DNA of 64,000 nt from Escherichia phage vB_EcoM_FJ1: the sequence record MZ170040.1, one strand, 5' to 3'. Positions 1-11,965 of the stretch are shown piece by piece. A program made the position numbers and the translations under genes. Position 1 is the first letter of the stretch. Each line of letters opens with the position of its first letter. The notes beneath the pieces were generated by a model. It was not told the origin of the DNA. It made no database searches and saw only the letters and a list, made by a program, of their open reading frames with translations.

Positions 1-228
1 TAACGTGAATTCAATGAAGTCAAGCATATCGGTAAGAGTCAACATTCCAAAACTCTGGGTAGCAATACCAGGTTTAGGCCATTTCTTGATATAATACTGT
101 AACCCACGAGAATAAGTCAGACGATATACTCGTTTAAGCAATTCATTATCTTTATTCTTTTCAAGAATTGCTTGCTTCTGCTTAGTTGAACCAATAGATG
201 CTATTTCGTTCAGAATTTTAAGAATCAT
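1..228 (-). CDS. 30: DNA ligase gp30, N-terminal fragment (gene continues beyond window start)
   Basis: Reverse strand from 228 reads MILKILNEIASIGSTKQKQAILEKNKDNELLKRVYRLTYSRGLQYY..., the N-terminus of T4-type ATP-dependent DNA ligase; frame open to position 1. Confidence 0.85.
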   Translation of the reverse strand, partial: MILKILNEIASIGSTKQKQAILEKNKDNELLKRVYRLTYSRGLQYYIKKWPKPGIATQSFGMLTLTDMLDFIEFTL

Positions 229-494
229 TGTTCATCCTTCAGAGTTTGGTTTACAGCTCTATTATAAATCAATTCATCATTAAGCTCAGTCAAAGACTTA
301 TGATATGTGGTTCTAACTTTATTTCCTTGCATCCAGTGCTTGATATAAATGAAACCTTGCTCTACGCATTTTTTAAAAATTCGTTCGTCTTTTTGAGCTC
401 GGAATTCTGGATTGCATCTAAAAAATTGATTTACGTGACCGTAATCACGTGTAGTATTACCTTCATTTTCATAAATAGTGTGAACAACAAACAT
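225..494 (-). CDS. hypothetical protein (30.1-like position)
   Basis: 89-aa ORF, stop overlaps ligase ATG, start overlaps upstream ORF; typical T4 coupled early-gene packing. Confidence 0.55.
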   Translation of the reverse strand: MFVVHTIYENEGNTTRDYGHVNQFFRCNPEFRAQKDERIFKKCVEQGFIYIKHWMQGNKVRTTYHKSLTELNDELIYNRAVNQTLKDEQ

Positions 495-1333
495 TAGAAT
501 GCTCCTTGGAAAATATTATCACCACAAGTAGGTCTATTATACAAATACTCTATACCGCCGGGTTTAATATAGTTCCATGTCTGAAACGGATGTGTCTGAT
601 ATGGATGATATAGATGATTATAAGGATTAAATCCAGGAGTTCTCCAGGTAGTGTTCCAACGAAAAGAATCGTTTTTAATCATCTTTTCAATTACATCTTT
701 TATAGCTTTTTCACTATCAAAACTTTCTTTATTTTCCTTTGGTGAAAAAAACTTATTCTCTACATCGTTCCATGTATAAACTCGCTGAGCAGTTTTTGGA
801 ATACTGTCACGTTCCCCTCGAGCCATCCAATAAACAGGAACACTTAATATTTCACTCGCGTGATCGCAGTGGTGAGCGAGATCGTCAATATAACAAATTA
901 CGTTATATTTCTCTTTTGCCTTTTTGAACAACTCTTCTTTTGAAGAATCATGACCACACATCAGTACTTCTGAGAAGGCACCAGGAAAAAGAGCATTCAA
1001 ATTAAATTGACGATTCAGCAGAGCGTCAATAGAATCACCCAGCGCTGTAACAGCTACAAAATTATAATCTTCTTTTAATTTGTTAATTACACACAGAGCA
1101 TCTTTATATGGAGACAAGTAACGAATAAAATCTGAACGATTGTATTTTTCAATTAACTTGACACCAAGTTCTTCATCACAATTAAAAAGTTTACCAGGAG
1201 AAATAAATTTTTCATCTTGGATCATTTTTAAAATATGTTCCAACGGAAGATTATATTTCTGAGCAAAATAAGGAAGGCCTGATTGCCAGCTTAAACACAC
1301 TCCATCAATATCAGTTAAAATAGTAGGCTTCAT
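494..1333 (-). CDS. HAD-superfamily phosphatase-like protein
   Basis: 279 aa; N-terminal ILTDIDGV (HAD motif I DxDG) and YIDD near C-terminal half (motif IV-like). Confidence 0.6.
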   Translation of the reverse strand: MKPTILTDIDGVCLSWQSGLPYFAQKYNLPLEHILKMIQDEKFISPGKLFNCDEELGVKLIEKYNRSDFIRYLSPYKDALCVINKLKEDYNFVAVTALGDSIDALLNRQFNLNALFPGAFSEVLMCGHDSSKEELFKKAKEKYNVICYIDDLAHHCDHASEILSVPVYWMARGERDSIPKTAQRVYTWNDVENKFFSPKENKESFDSEKAIKDVIEKMIKNDSFRWNTTWRTPGFNPYNHLYHPYQTHPFQTWNYIKPGGIEYLYNRPTCGDNIFQGAF

Positions 1334-1794
1334 AGAGAGTCTCTTAATAGGTTTAACACATCAATAAATTCAGCTTCGGTTAGTATTGTATCATCTTTTG
1401 TTAGACCACTAGCCATGCTGTGCTTCAAAACTTTTCCTTTCGAGGCTTGTAATGCATCACGAAAGCCCTTGTTTTGGATCGCTGCTTCAAAATATGCATT
1501 TGTGTATAATTCTTTCCACGCCGGGGAGTATCTTGAAAATGGAACTCCAAGCCAGAAGAGGGTTCCACGGTCCTGAGCTCTTGCATAAGACCTTCCAGCT
1601 TGTTGGGCGGCAAGCCCGGATAACCCAAATATACGACGTTGTTGTTCAACGTTTTTCACCTTGCATCCTTGGAGGAATCCTTCAAGACCTCCAAATTGAA
1701 TACCATCCATAACGAAAGGCCATTGGGCGAAATTACTTAATGCACATGATGGCCACCTAAAATTGCTTCTAATCTCTAACTCAGACATTTTCAA
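1330..1794 (-). CDS. NADAR/DUF1768-like protein (30.3-like)
   Basis: 154 aa; LSNFAQWPF...GGLEGFLQGCKV resembles the YbiA/NADAR SNF..PF..E.FQA.K signature; ATGA overlap with downstream ORF. Confidence 0.6.
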   Translation of the reverse strand: MKMSELEIRSNFRWPSCALSNFAQWPFVMDGIQFGGLEGFLQGCKVKNVEQQRRIFGLSGLAAQQAGRSYARAQDRGTLFWLGVPFSRYSPAWKELYTNAYFEAAIQNKGFRDALQASKGKVLKHSMASGLTKDDTILTEAEFIDVLNLLRDSL

Positions 1795-1987
1795 TGCTTA
1801 TAATTTCAACATCAGCCCAATGACCATAGCAAGGAAGACGAAATTCAACTGGCCAGTTAGGGTCCTTTTCTAATATAATAGACTCAACTCGTGGTTCTTC
1901 ACGTTCATCAGTATATGGATTTTTATCTGTTACTTTATATGTGACCTTAATGTACTGAATTCCAAAAATCTTATTAATTATATTCAT
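1781..1987 (-). CDS. hypothetical protein
   Basis: 68-aa ORF in coupled minus-strand series. Confidence 0.5.
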   Translation of the reverse strand: MNIINKIFGIQYIKVTYKVTDKNPYTDEREEPRVESIILEKDPNWPVEFRLPCYGHWADVEIISIENV

Positions 1988-2181
1988 ACTAATTCCTTTA
2001 ATCCGTAGATAGGAGATAATTCATCACCCATACGAAGGTCTTCATTTCCATCTACCCAGGAAACAATATAAGCCTCTTTTATTTGAACACCGCTCCATTT
2101 AAATGGAGGTAGAACCTTAGAAATTAATCCAGGTATACCAACTCCCTTTAATTCAACAGTTTGACCTAAAAAGAATTTCAT
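1984..2181 (-). CDS. hypothetical protein
   Basis: 65-aa ORF, 4-nt overlaps on both sides. Confidence 0.5.
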   Translation of the reverse strand: MKFFLGQTVELKGVGIPGLISKVLPPFKWSGVQIKEAYIVSWVDGNEDLRMGDELSPIYGLKELV

Positions 2182-2468
2182 TAGAACCTCATCTGAAAAC
2201 CGTGCGATTTAACATTACCGCCGCCAATATCAGAGATATTAATTTCGCGCGCAATTGAAGGGTCAATGTCAATTTCACGATTGAGTTTAGTGATAGCTAA
2301 AGTATCGCGCCCATTTACAGTACGAAACTCTAAAGGACAAACCACATCAACGTAGTTTTTAATCGATTCACTGGTAGGCTGCAAATGAGCAGGAAGGTCT
2401 TTAGGCGCCTTTGAGAAAACAACTTCACAGAAATTTTTGCGGGTATCAAAATAAGTAGTCATAAACAT
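2181..2468 (-). CDS. hypothetical protein
   Basis: 95-aa ORF; SD-like GAGG upstream of ATG. Confidence 0.5.
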   Translation of the reverse strand: MFMTTYFDTRKNFCEVVFSKAPKDLPAHLQPTSESIKNYVDVVCPLEFRTVNGRDTLAITKLNREIDIDPSIAREINISDIGGGNVKSHGFQMRF

Positions 2469-2507
2469 AGTATTTTCCTCAATAGGGGCCGAAGCCCCTC
2501 ATTTATT

Positions 2508-2885
2508 TTAAATATCAAATTCGTTAAGAACTACATCAAAGATTGCTTCCAAGTGCTCAGGTTTAGCTTTGTTACTCAGAATATGACGAATCCAAGTTTT
2601 AACTAAGAGTTTACGATTAGCACCATTCCAGCAAGGATGAGTCCCTAAATCACGTTGACGGAAATCATCATCCAGAGCGATTTTAAAGTTGGAACCTTCC
2701 ATCGTGATTGAAACCGTGATACCGTTTTCAAATCGCATATAAACGTAGTTAGGAGTCATATACTGTTCAATTTCGCATACTGATCCATTTTGATGTTTCC
2801 AAAGGCAGATGGTATCAATAGAACCTGCAATACCATTAGAAACATATTTACGTTCAAAGTTAATGTAGTTCATTTTATTCTCCAA
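2508..2885 (-). CDS. hypothetical protein
   Basis: 125-aa ORF preceded by early-promoter-like motif. Confidence 0.55.
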   Translation of the reverse strand: MENKMNYINFERKYVSNGIAGSIDTICLWKHQNGSVCEIEQYMTPNYVYMRFENGITVSITMEGSNFKIALDDDFRQRDLGTHPCWNGANRKLLVKTWIRHILSNKAKPEHLEAIFDVVLNEFDI

Positions 2886-2904
2886 GATGTTTAATTGCGG
2901 TACA

Positions 2905-2940
2905 GGTATATAATATCATGTCCTGTACCAAAGTAAACAA
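2905..2940 (-). promoter_or_regulatory. T4 early-type promoter (-35 GTTTAC, 17-nt spacer, -10 TATTAT)
   Basis: minus strand TTGTTTAC-17nt-TATTAT read directly; upstream of ORF 2508..2885. Confidence 0.5.
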
Positions 2941-3273
2941 TTATTTTACTACTTTCCAATGCTGCATGTCAAGTTTACCAACTTTTTTCATCTTCTCAAT
3001 TAAGCGTTCGGCACGTTGGCGAGCTGTAACATAATACCATTCACCTAATTCATTTTGTTCAATTTTTCCAACGATTACTGTATTCAATTCATAAATCCAA
3101 CCAGTAAAGAAATTATGAACTTGAATTGTAAAGGTGAAATCTGTTCCCATACCTTCTGTTGTTTCTACTTCAATAATATCACCTTCAACTGCCATTAAGA
3201 ACCACATAGTTTCATCATATTTACCATTGAAGCATTTAGTTTTAACTGCAGCGTTCAGATTAATCGTTTTCAT
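2941..3273 (-). CDS. hypothetical protein
   Basis: 110-aa ORF; AAGGAG SD before ATG. Confidence 0.55.
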   Translation of the reverse strand: MKTINLNAAVKTKCFNGKYDETMWFLMAVEGDIIEVETTEGMGTDFTFTIQVHNFFTGWIYELNTVIVGKIEQNELGEWYYVTARQRAERLIEKMKKVGKLDMQHWKVVK

Positions 3274-3295
3274 TTTATTCTCCTTTGTTTGTGTA

Positions 3296-3332
3296 AGATA
3301 ATACTATCACAAAGGAACCATACTGTAAACAA
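3296..3332 (-). promoter_or_regulatory. T4 early-type promoter (-35 GTTTAC, 18-nt spacer, -10 TAGTAT)
   Basis: minus strand GTTTAC at 3325..3330 and TAGTAT at 3301..3306, followed by SD and ATG at 3273. Confidence 0.5.
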
Positions 3333-3349
3333 CTTTATGCAATCTTTGG

Positions 3350-3378
3350 AAAATAAAAAAGGACTCCCGAAGGAGTCC
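3350..3378 (-). terminator. rho-independent terminator
   Basis: GGACTCC-CGAA-GGAGTCC hairpin followed on the minus strand by T-run; same hairpin recurs at 57744..57761. Confidence 0.6.
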
Positions 3379-3383
3379 TCAAC

Positions 3384-3602
3384 TTATGCTTTCTGCTTAC
3401 CAAAACGAGAAGCATCATCTCGAAGAACCGCACGTGCTCGGCGCATGATCTTCTCAACAGTTTGATTGATACGAGAGTTCGACCCACGCTTGTAGCCAGC
3501 GCGTTTAGAATCACCAACTTTCTTTTCAACTGCTTTCTTTGCTTTAGCTTGTTTTGCCATTATAAATTCTCTTTTAAATGAAAATGCAGGACTTATTGGC
3601 AT
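3384..3602 (-). CDS. small lysine-rich basic protein; start ambiguous (3602 or internal Met at 3560)
   Basis: 72-aa ORF, MAKQAKAKKAVEKKVGDSKRAGYKRG...; followed by terminator. Confidence 0.45.
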   Translation of the reverse strand: MPISPAFSFKREFIMAKQAKAKKAVEKKVGDSKRAGYKRGSNSRINQTVEKIMRRARAVLRDDASRFGKQKA

Positions 3603-3958
3603 TGCCTGCGCAAGCCCTCAAGGGGAACATAGGTTTTTGGATATTTAACGACCAGGATAACCATAAACCCGTCATCATACCTTATAGCTCTTATCTGTTG
3701 CACACCGTTAGCTTAAAGGTTCCGGGTTCGATTTCTCGAGGATAAGATATATACTGATGGATATATAGGCCTTGAGGCGTACTCCCGATTGGCCATCACC
3801 TCGGGGTAGCATGCACTTGCCGCTATAAGAATAACATTCAAGAGGTACACCGTAAAACTGCCGGGGTCTTAAAACTATAATGATTCGCAAATCATTAATC
3901 AGACAGTTCGACGGCTCCTCGATTTTAGCTCACACTAAGGCAGTGAATCTCCAGTAAA

Positions 3959-4207
3959 TTACTTCAGTGTTACCACAAAGTGACGAACTGCTTTTCGTGC
4001 AGCAGAAGCCAGAGGCTTAGCATATTTAAGTTCATCTTTTTCCTGAAGCTCAGCAGCTAATGCAGTTTGAGCAGGATTCAGATGTTTGAAATAACGCAGG
4101 ATTTCAAGAGCTTCGGCTTCAACATCAATAGATGCGCCATAGTTTTCGTGACCATTATTCCATGCGTTTCGTTGCAGTTCAAGAGCGTGTTGTAATTGTT
4201 TAATCAT
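3959..4207 (-). CDS. rIII: lysis inhibition accessory protein rIII
   Basis: 82 aa, MIKQLQHALELQRNAWNNGHENYGASIDVEAEALEILRYFKH...; size and position (downstream of 31) as in T4. Confidence 0.8.
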   Translation of the reverse strand: MIKQLQHALELQRNAWNNGHENYGASIDVEAEALEILRYFKHLNPAQTALAAELQEKDELKYAKPLASAARKAVRHFVVTLK

Positions 4208-4354
4208 TTAAAAATTCTCGTTAGAGATTAAAACTCGGTAGTCACGTTCTTCTGAATTTCATCTTCTTTCGACAGATCTCTCAGTTGTAGACTACCACAT
4301 AGAATTGTTCGGTTAACTTATTATTCCGACACCCAATTCATATTATTATTTATA

Positions 4355-4690
4355 TCACTTATAAAGACACGGAATAGCTTTATAGTGACAGGTAACAAAT
4401 TTTTGTTTAATTTCTTTTGGCTGCTTAAGACCCAGAGCTACAAAAGGATGCGGAACATTTCGAATTTGACCAACTGGGAGAGAAGTCAAATCACCAACTT
4501 CGCAGAAACCTTCAGGAACATCAGGACCGACAGAGTGAATTACACACAGTTCAGGAACTTCACCTTGAACACGTTTACCGATAATAAGTCCTGATTCTGT
4601 AACTTCTTCATCACCGGCTTGTGCAGGTTCAGAAACTAAAATAACATATTCACCGACAGCACGAATTGGTAGCTGTTGTACTTCAGACAT
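4355..4690 (-). CDS. 31: gp31 co-chaperonin (GroES-like) for major capsid protein folding
   Basis: 111 aa, [40 protein letters not shown]...; matches T4 gp31 length and sequence. Confidence 0.85.
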   Translation of the reverse strand: MSEVQQLPIRAVGEYVILVSEPAQAGDEEVTESGLIIGKRVQGEVPELCVIHSVGPDVPEGFCEVGDLTSLPVGQIRNVPHPFVALGLKQPKEIKQKFVTCHYKAIPCLYK

Positions 4691-4746
4691 CGTTTTTCCT
4701 TTTTGTTAACAGATGAGTTAATAATAACAAATAATTCTTAAAGCAT

Positions 4747-5055
4747 TTATTTACCAATAAATTGAAGCAAATGCTCAACTTTCATACCATTAACAGAAAT
4801 CAATTTGTCAATAGAAAAACCTCGCCAAGCGCCAAGTTCAACATCAAATACTGGAATCATATCCGTAGATTCTTTCCGAGTAGATTCAGTCAATTTACCG
4901 GTTTGCATGGTTGGCATAAAGTCTGCATCACGAGTACCTTTCATAGTACGAATAGTACCATCAGACTTTTCAAAAACTACGTTTGAAACACCCATGGACA
5001 ATTTAGTTTTCAAAATTTCACGAATTGCTACTTTCTGCTCAGTTGTTAGTTTCAT
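4747..5055 (-). CDS. hypothetical protein
   Basis: 102-aa ORF between 31 and cd. Confidence 0.5.
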   Translation of the reverse strand: MKLTTEQKVAIREILKTKLSMGVSNVVFEKSDGTIRTMKGTRDADFMPTMQTGKLTESTRKESTDMIPVFDVELGAWRGFSIDKLISVNGMKVEHLLQFIGK

Positions 5056-5292
5056 TTATTTACCTATCACAGTTTTAATATGAGTTGTTCCACGTTCTTT
5101 AAGGGTGGAAAGTAATTTTTGGCATTTTTCTAAATCAGATTTCCAACTATATGGTTTATCAATACAAACCCAATTTGTCTTATAATACTGTTTCCATTTA
5201 GAGAAAAAATATTTCTTATACTCTACAGCAAATGAGATGTTCTCGTTAGAATAAGAACTAATTGCTGTGAGCTTTACCAAACGAAATTTCAT
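5056..5292 (-). CDS. hypothetical protein
   Basis: 78-aa ORF contiguous with cd stop. Confidence 0.5.
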   Translation of the reverse strand: MKFRLVKLTAISSYSNENISFAVEYKKYFFSKWKQYYKTNWVCIDKPYSWKSDLEKCQKLLSTLKERGTTHIKTVIGK

Positions 5293-5873
5293 TATTCACC
5301 GCAGAATTCGTTGATATTTTCCCAGTTTAACTTATTCAAGTTTTTCTTAGGAACATTAAACACTTCAATACCTGCATTTCGCAGAATATCATCCCAACCA
5401 GGTTTATTTTTGTCGTATGTTTCACAATAAACCAGCTTTTTAATACCAGATTGAGCTATCGCTTTTGCGCAATCTGGGCAAGGAGAAAGTGTTACATACA
5501 TAGTAGCACCTTCAATAGAAGAACCATTTCGTGCAGCAAACAAAATTGCATTTAGTTCAGCATGAATTTCATTTTTAGATGACCATTCCGAGTGAGCACT
5601 ACGATGTTCTTTCGCCAAAACAAAACGATCAGTTGAACCAAATGATACGCATTCAGGCTTATGACCTTGAATGATAGTATGTTTAGGCTTATTCAACAAC
5701 CAACCTTGCTCAGCAGCATAATCACAACAGTTCACACCCCCTGCGGGTGAACCATTATACCCAGTAGAAATAATACGTCCATTCTTTTCAATTACTGCTC
5801 CTACCTTCCAGGAGCAACATTTTGATTCCTGCGATACTAAATATGCAATTTGAAGTACTGTACTCGCTTTCAT
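5292..5873 (-). CDS. cd: dCMP deaminase
   Basis: 193 aa; cytidine/dCMP deaminase zinc motifs HAELNAI (H-x-E) and PCPDC; T4 Cd length. Confidence 0.85.
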   Translation of the reverse strand: MKASTVLQIAYLVSQESKCCSWKVGAVIEKNGRIISTGYNGSPAGGVNCCDYAAEQGWLLNKPKHTIIQGHKPECVSFGSTDRFVLAKEHRSAHSEWSSKNEIHAELNAILFAARNGSSIEGATMYVTLSPCPDCAKAIAQSGIKKLVYCETYDKNKPGWDDILRNAGIEVFNVPKKNLNKLNWENINEFCGE

Positions 5874-6208
5874 TTCATAATCACCAGATAAGCAGATTTA
5901 GCAGTTTCAACACGATAAATTTCGTGACGAAGTTTAGTTATACTTTTAATAACAGAACTAATTATATTCTGCCCATCTTTAAAGCGGTTTTTCTTATCAA
6001 TAAAAACTACACCAGTCATCTTTTTGTGAAGCTCAACTGGATACTTCGTCACAATAATAGCATCATACACAGAAGGATGAATACTATTCACCAGAGTATC
6101 ATTCATTAAAGTTATTCTAATGAACTTTGCTGTTTCAGAGTCAAGCGCTCTATGATCACCAGTATCATTTTCAAGACAATTATCAATTATATCAGTTAAA
6201 TTCATCAT
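5870..6208 (-). CDS. hypothetical protein
   Basis: 112-aa ORF, ATGA-type overlap with cd. Confidence 0.5.
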   Translation of the reverse strand: MMNLTDIIDNCLENDTGDHRALDSETAKFIRITLMNDTLVNSIHPSVYDAIIVTKYPVELHKKMTGVVFIDKKNRFKDGQNIISSVIKSITKLRHEIYRVETAKSAYLVIMK

Positions 6209-6441
6209 AGTACGCCATACACCCTTTGTGCTTCAACTAATCCATCAAAATCCAGTTTAAGATGCGATATTTGATCGCCATCACCTGGATTCACAATTAC
6301 TAATACTGAACGAGGAGTTTCGGTAATAACACGAACCGATGTTTCAGGAAATCGTTCAGAAACCTTATTTACCAATTCCTGCGCAAATAGTTTAACTTTT
6401 TCTTGGAATTCTTTAACAGTAATTGGTTTTTCACTTAGCAT
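6205..6441 (-). CDS. hypothetical protein
   Basis: 78-aa ORF. Confidence 0.5.
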   Translation of the reverse strand: MLSEKPITVKEFQEKVKLFAQELVNKVSERFPETSVRVITETPRSVLVIVNPGDGDQISHLKLDFDGLVEAQRVYGVL

Positions 6442-6962
6442 GTTGATCCCAGCTCCTTACTTTCAACGTTTTTAACTAATTTGACAGAAACTAATTCAGC
6501 ATCTTGAGTAATCATTACCGGGCCTTCTTCATACTCTTCAAGATATTCTAGAGCTTTCTTTTTAGCTTCTTCCTTCGTATCAGTTTGAGCATAGATATAA
6601 AACATACAACCAGTAATACCTACTACTTTCCACTTAATTTCTTTATCAGTTTTAATTTCAAATTTACTGACAGAATCATCTTTTTGAACTTCTTCGAAAA
6701 AAGAATATTCTAACATATAAGCAATTGAAAATAACGGGCTAACTTTATAAGATTCGCCCATTACATCAACAGCTTTATACCAACAATCATCAATTTCGCG
6801 TTTAATGCTAATAACATTTTTCGCAGGATCTATTTTTACTTTAAATGAATTTTCCCCAATAAACTGGGCAATTCGTTTATTAGCCCCGCAAGTTTCATTA
6901 AAAATATCTTTATATCCAGCTTTAAAGCGATAAACCTTATCTTCTTCAAACCATTCGCTCAT
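6435..6962 (-). CDS. hypothetical protein
   Basis: 175-aa ORF with SD GGAAAT before ATG and early promoter upstream. Confidence 0.55.
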   Translation of the reverse strand: MSEWFEEDKVYRFKAGYKDIFNETCGANKRIAQFIGENSFKVKIDPAKNVISIKREIDDCWYKAVDVMGESYKVSPLFSIAYMLEYSFFEEVQKDDSVSKFEIKTDKEIKWKVVGITGCMFYIYAQTDTKEEAKKKALEYLEEYEEGPVMITQDAELVSVKLVKNVESKELGSTC

Positions 6963-6987
6963 TTCAATTTCCTCATTTGTTTTGGTA

Positions 6988-7025
6988 GAGCTATAATATC
7001 ACAACTCTACCGTAAAGTAAACTAT
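6988..7025 (-). promoter_or_regulatory. T4 early-type promoter (-35 GTTTAC, 18-nt spacer, -10 TATTAT)
   Basis: minus strand GTTTAC 7018..7023, TATTAT 6994..6999. Confidence 0.5.
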
Positions 7026-7330
7026 TAAATTGCTTTGAATTCTGATGTCTGTGATTCAAAGCGAATATCGCCTTTGATGACTAGCTCAGCATCAAGACCG
7101 AATACAACAATGATATGCGCGGAACCTGGATACAACGTGATGGCAACAGAATCCACCTGGTCTGGAAGCAAAGTATTCAATACATGAGTCACTTGAGCGT
7201 GGATTCGAAGTTCAGCTGCATTATCAAGCTTTTCAAACATGTTATTAGCGATAATTTGGCTAAACACTACTTCTACGATTTTAGAGTAAGTCGGAAACAT
7301 ATTTACCTCACATAATTTTCTTCGAGCCAA
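7025..7330 (-). CDS. hypothetical protein
   Basis: 101-aa ORF. Confidence 0.5.
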   Translation of the reverse strand: MARRKLCEVNMFPTYSKIVEVVFSQIIANNMFEKLDNAAELRIHAQVTHVLNTLLPDQVDSVAITLYPGSAHIIVVFGLDAELVIKGDIRFESQTSEFKAI

Positions 7331-7503
7331 TCAATAACATCCAAAGCGTTATCAAAAGTTGAACCATCTACTTTGTCTTCTGTTTCATAATCAAGAACAT
7401 CTAGGCCTACTCTTCCGTCAACAATAGGCCATAAACAAAATAGATATTTCTTTTCTTTTTCAATTTTATCACAAAGACGATAAATCTTTTCTATATTATT
7501 CAT
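7303..7503 (-). CDS. hypothetical protein
   Basis: 66-aa ORF. Confidence 0.45.
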   Translation of the reverse strand: MNNIEKIYRLCDKIEKEKKYLFCLWPIVDGRVGLDVLDYETEDKVDGSTFDNALDVIDWLEENYVR

Positions 7504-7692
7504 AAGTTTTCCATGGTAAAGGCAGTTTAGTTTTCTTTACTGTTAGTTCAATATCAGGATTCTTTTCTCTTAATTTAAGGCATTCCTCCCAAGCTCTGAT
7601 TTCACTAGTGAATACACAAAATTGCCCATTACTAGTACCAACTAAACCACTATTTACAATAACAATAGACCAAGTTTCATGATGCCACGCCA

Positions 7693-7693
<1 letters not shown>
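7496..7693 (-). CDS. hypothetical protein
   Basis: 65-aa ORF directly downstream of pseT. Confidence 0.45.
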
Positions 7694-8918
<1,225 letters not shown>

Positions 8919-8921
8919 TTA

Positions 8922-9152
8922 TTATTTCTCAACCAATGATTGAATATAATCATGCAGGTCTTTAGATGCTTTACCCCACTTATTTTGGTATTCATTTTTA
9001 AGATTAGCCCGAGATTGAGCTAATAAAACATCATTAGTTGGAGGTAAAGATTCTAACCGTTGAATCTGGCGTCCATAAATCATTGCAGCCATCTCGGATT
9101 CATAAATCAATCCTTTGAGATGTTCAAATTGATGCCATGAAATCATTTGCAT
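8922..9152 (-). CDS. hypothetical protein
   Basis: 76-aa ORF. Confidence 0.5.
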   Translation of the reverse strand: MQMISWHQFEHLKGLIYESEMAAMIYGRQIQRLESLPPTNDVLLAQSRANLKNEYQNKWGKASKDLHDYIQSLVEK

Positions 9153-9442
9153 TTATCCTCTTTTAGCTCTTGACGATAATAACATATCATAGTTTTTTGG
9201 TCATGTACATATCGTTTTACATCATTAAGCCAAATACGAAATTCCTGGGAATCTTCAAATGGCATACCGACCCAAGCTTTACCATCAATAACTTTAACTT
9301 GCCAAGATAGTTTAGCTTCATCATATGACTTTATTTGTACAGGCCAATTAGGATGAACTGTTTCTTTCTTTACTTCTAGAGGCTTTGTCGAACAACCAAC
9401 TAGAAGACCAATAGATAATATTACTGCTGATAGTTTAATCAT
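9143..9442 (-). CDS. putative lipoprotein
   Basis: 99 aa; N-terminal signal MIKLSAVILSIGLLVGCSTKP with lipobox LVGC. Confidence 0.55.
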   Translation of the reverse strand: MIKLSAVILSIGLLVGCSTKPLEVKKETVHPNWPVQIKSYDEAKLSWQVKVIDGKAWVGMPFEDSQEFRIWLNDVKRYVHDQKTMICYYRQELKEDKCK

Positions 9443-9792
9443 TTAGAAAGGTCCTGGATGTCTTCTGCGAACTTGTTGAAGGAGTTGTTGATTTGTTTTT
9501 CAACCAATCCTGGCTTATGAGCCACCACATCCGCCTTCTTTGCGTCTTTGCGCAGTTTTTCATTTTCACGCTCAATAGCAGCAATTGCCTCACGATTTTT
9601 ATTATTCATCGCATCAATATAATTATACTGAATTCGCAAATTATTTAATGCTAAGGCGTTTTCATTGGCCGTTTTTGTAATTTCTACAACAGACGTTTCT
9701 AATCTTTCAATTTTATTTTTTAAAATTAAAGAAGTTCCGCCCAATGCAATTACAATTAATAGCAAGCCTGCTGTCGTATTACTTAATTGCAT
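9439..9792 (-). CDS. membrane-anchored coiled-coil protein
   Basis: 117 aa; hydrophobic N-terminal segment GLLLIVIALGGTSLIL then charged helical region. Confidence 0.5.
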   Translation of the reverse strand: MQLSNTTAGLLLIVIALGGTSLILKNKIERLETSVVEITKTANENALALNNLRIQYNYIDAMNNKNREAIAAIERENEKLRKDAKKADVVAHKPGLVEKQINNSFNKFAEDIQDLSK

Positions 9793-10289
9793 AAAGTTTT
9801 AATAACCTCTATAATATCGTCTTGAGAAAGACCGTTAATTAAAATATGATGTTCAGCCGGAGATTTAGAAATTTTAAAGCATGCCTCAACATCTTCTGCC
9901 ATATCCGATGCGCTACGATTTGGATTACTAATCCCAAGGCGGTGTTTTCCCGTCAAAGGATTAACGATGATATAGCATTTACAACTATTGATATGAACAT
10001 TAGGCTGAGTCTGATTAATGAACACTTCACAATCATACTTAGCGAGTTGATTTTCTAAAAAGACTTTCATCTCTTCAACCGCATCAGGAAGCATATCACG
10101 GGCTTGCTCAAGACGACGATTTCGATATTCTTTAATGGTCGTTTTCCGCTTGACTTGCTTAGCTAAATCTTTCTTAAGATCAGTGATATATCCAACTCGA
10201 CGATTTCCTTTGAATACCGAAATCCCATCTGTAGTATCACCGTATGCTTCAACGACCATTTCAGTAGTAATAAGTTGTAAATCCATCAT
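9783..10289 (-). CDS. alc: Alc, inhibitor of host transcription on cytosine-containing DNA
   Basis: MDLQLITTEMVVEAYGDTTDG...; length (167-168 aa) and position between pseT and rnlA as in T4. Confidence 0.75.
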   Translation of the reverse strand: MMDLQLITTEMVVEAYGDTTDGISVFKGNRRVGYITDLKKDLAKQVKRKTTIKEYRNRRLEQARDMLPDAVEEMKVFLENQLAKYDCEVFINQTQPNVHINSCKCYIIVNPLTGKHRLGISNPNRSASDMAEDVEACFKISKSPAEHHILINGLSQDDIIEVIKTLCN

Positions 10290-10350
10290 AAAGTCCTCAT
10301 GTTATGTCAGTAAGACTACTATAACACAACACGAGGGACTTGTAAACAGC

Positions 10351-11938
<1,588 letters not shown>

Positions 11939-11965
11939 AATAAAATGGGCCTTGCGGCCCACTCC

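Noticed and set aside
3689-3747. Possible tRNA (T-loop-like GGTTCGATT with flanking 7-bp inverted repeat)
   Set aside because: Only 45 nt lie between the putative acceptor strands, too short for D-arm, anticodon arm and T-arm. No canonical T-stem pairing flanks the loop. Kept only as part of the non-coding-island finding.
3708-3890. 60-aa minus-strand ORF in the rIII-downstream spacer
   Set aside because: Starts at TTG, low-complexity product, no SD; probably a chance ORF.
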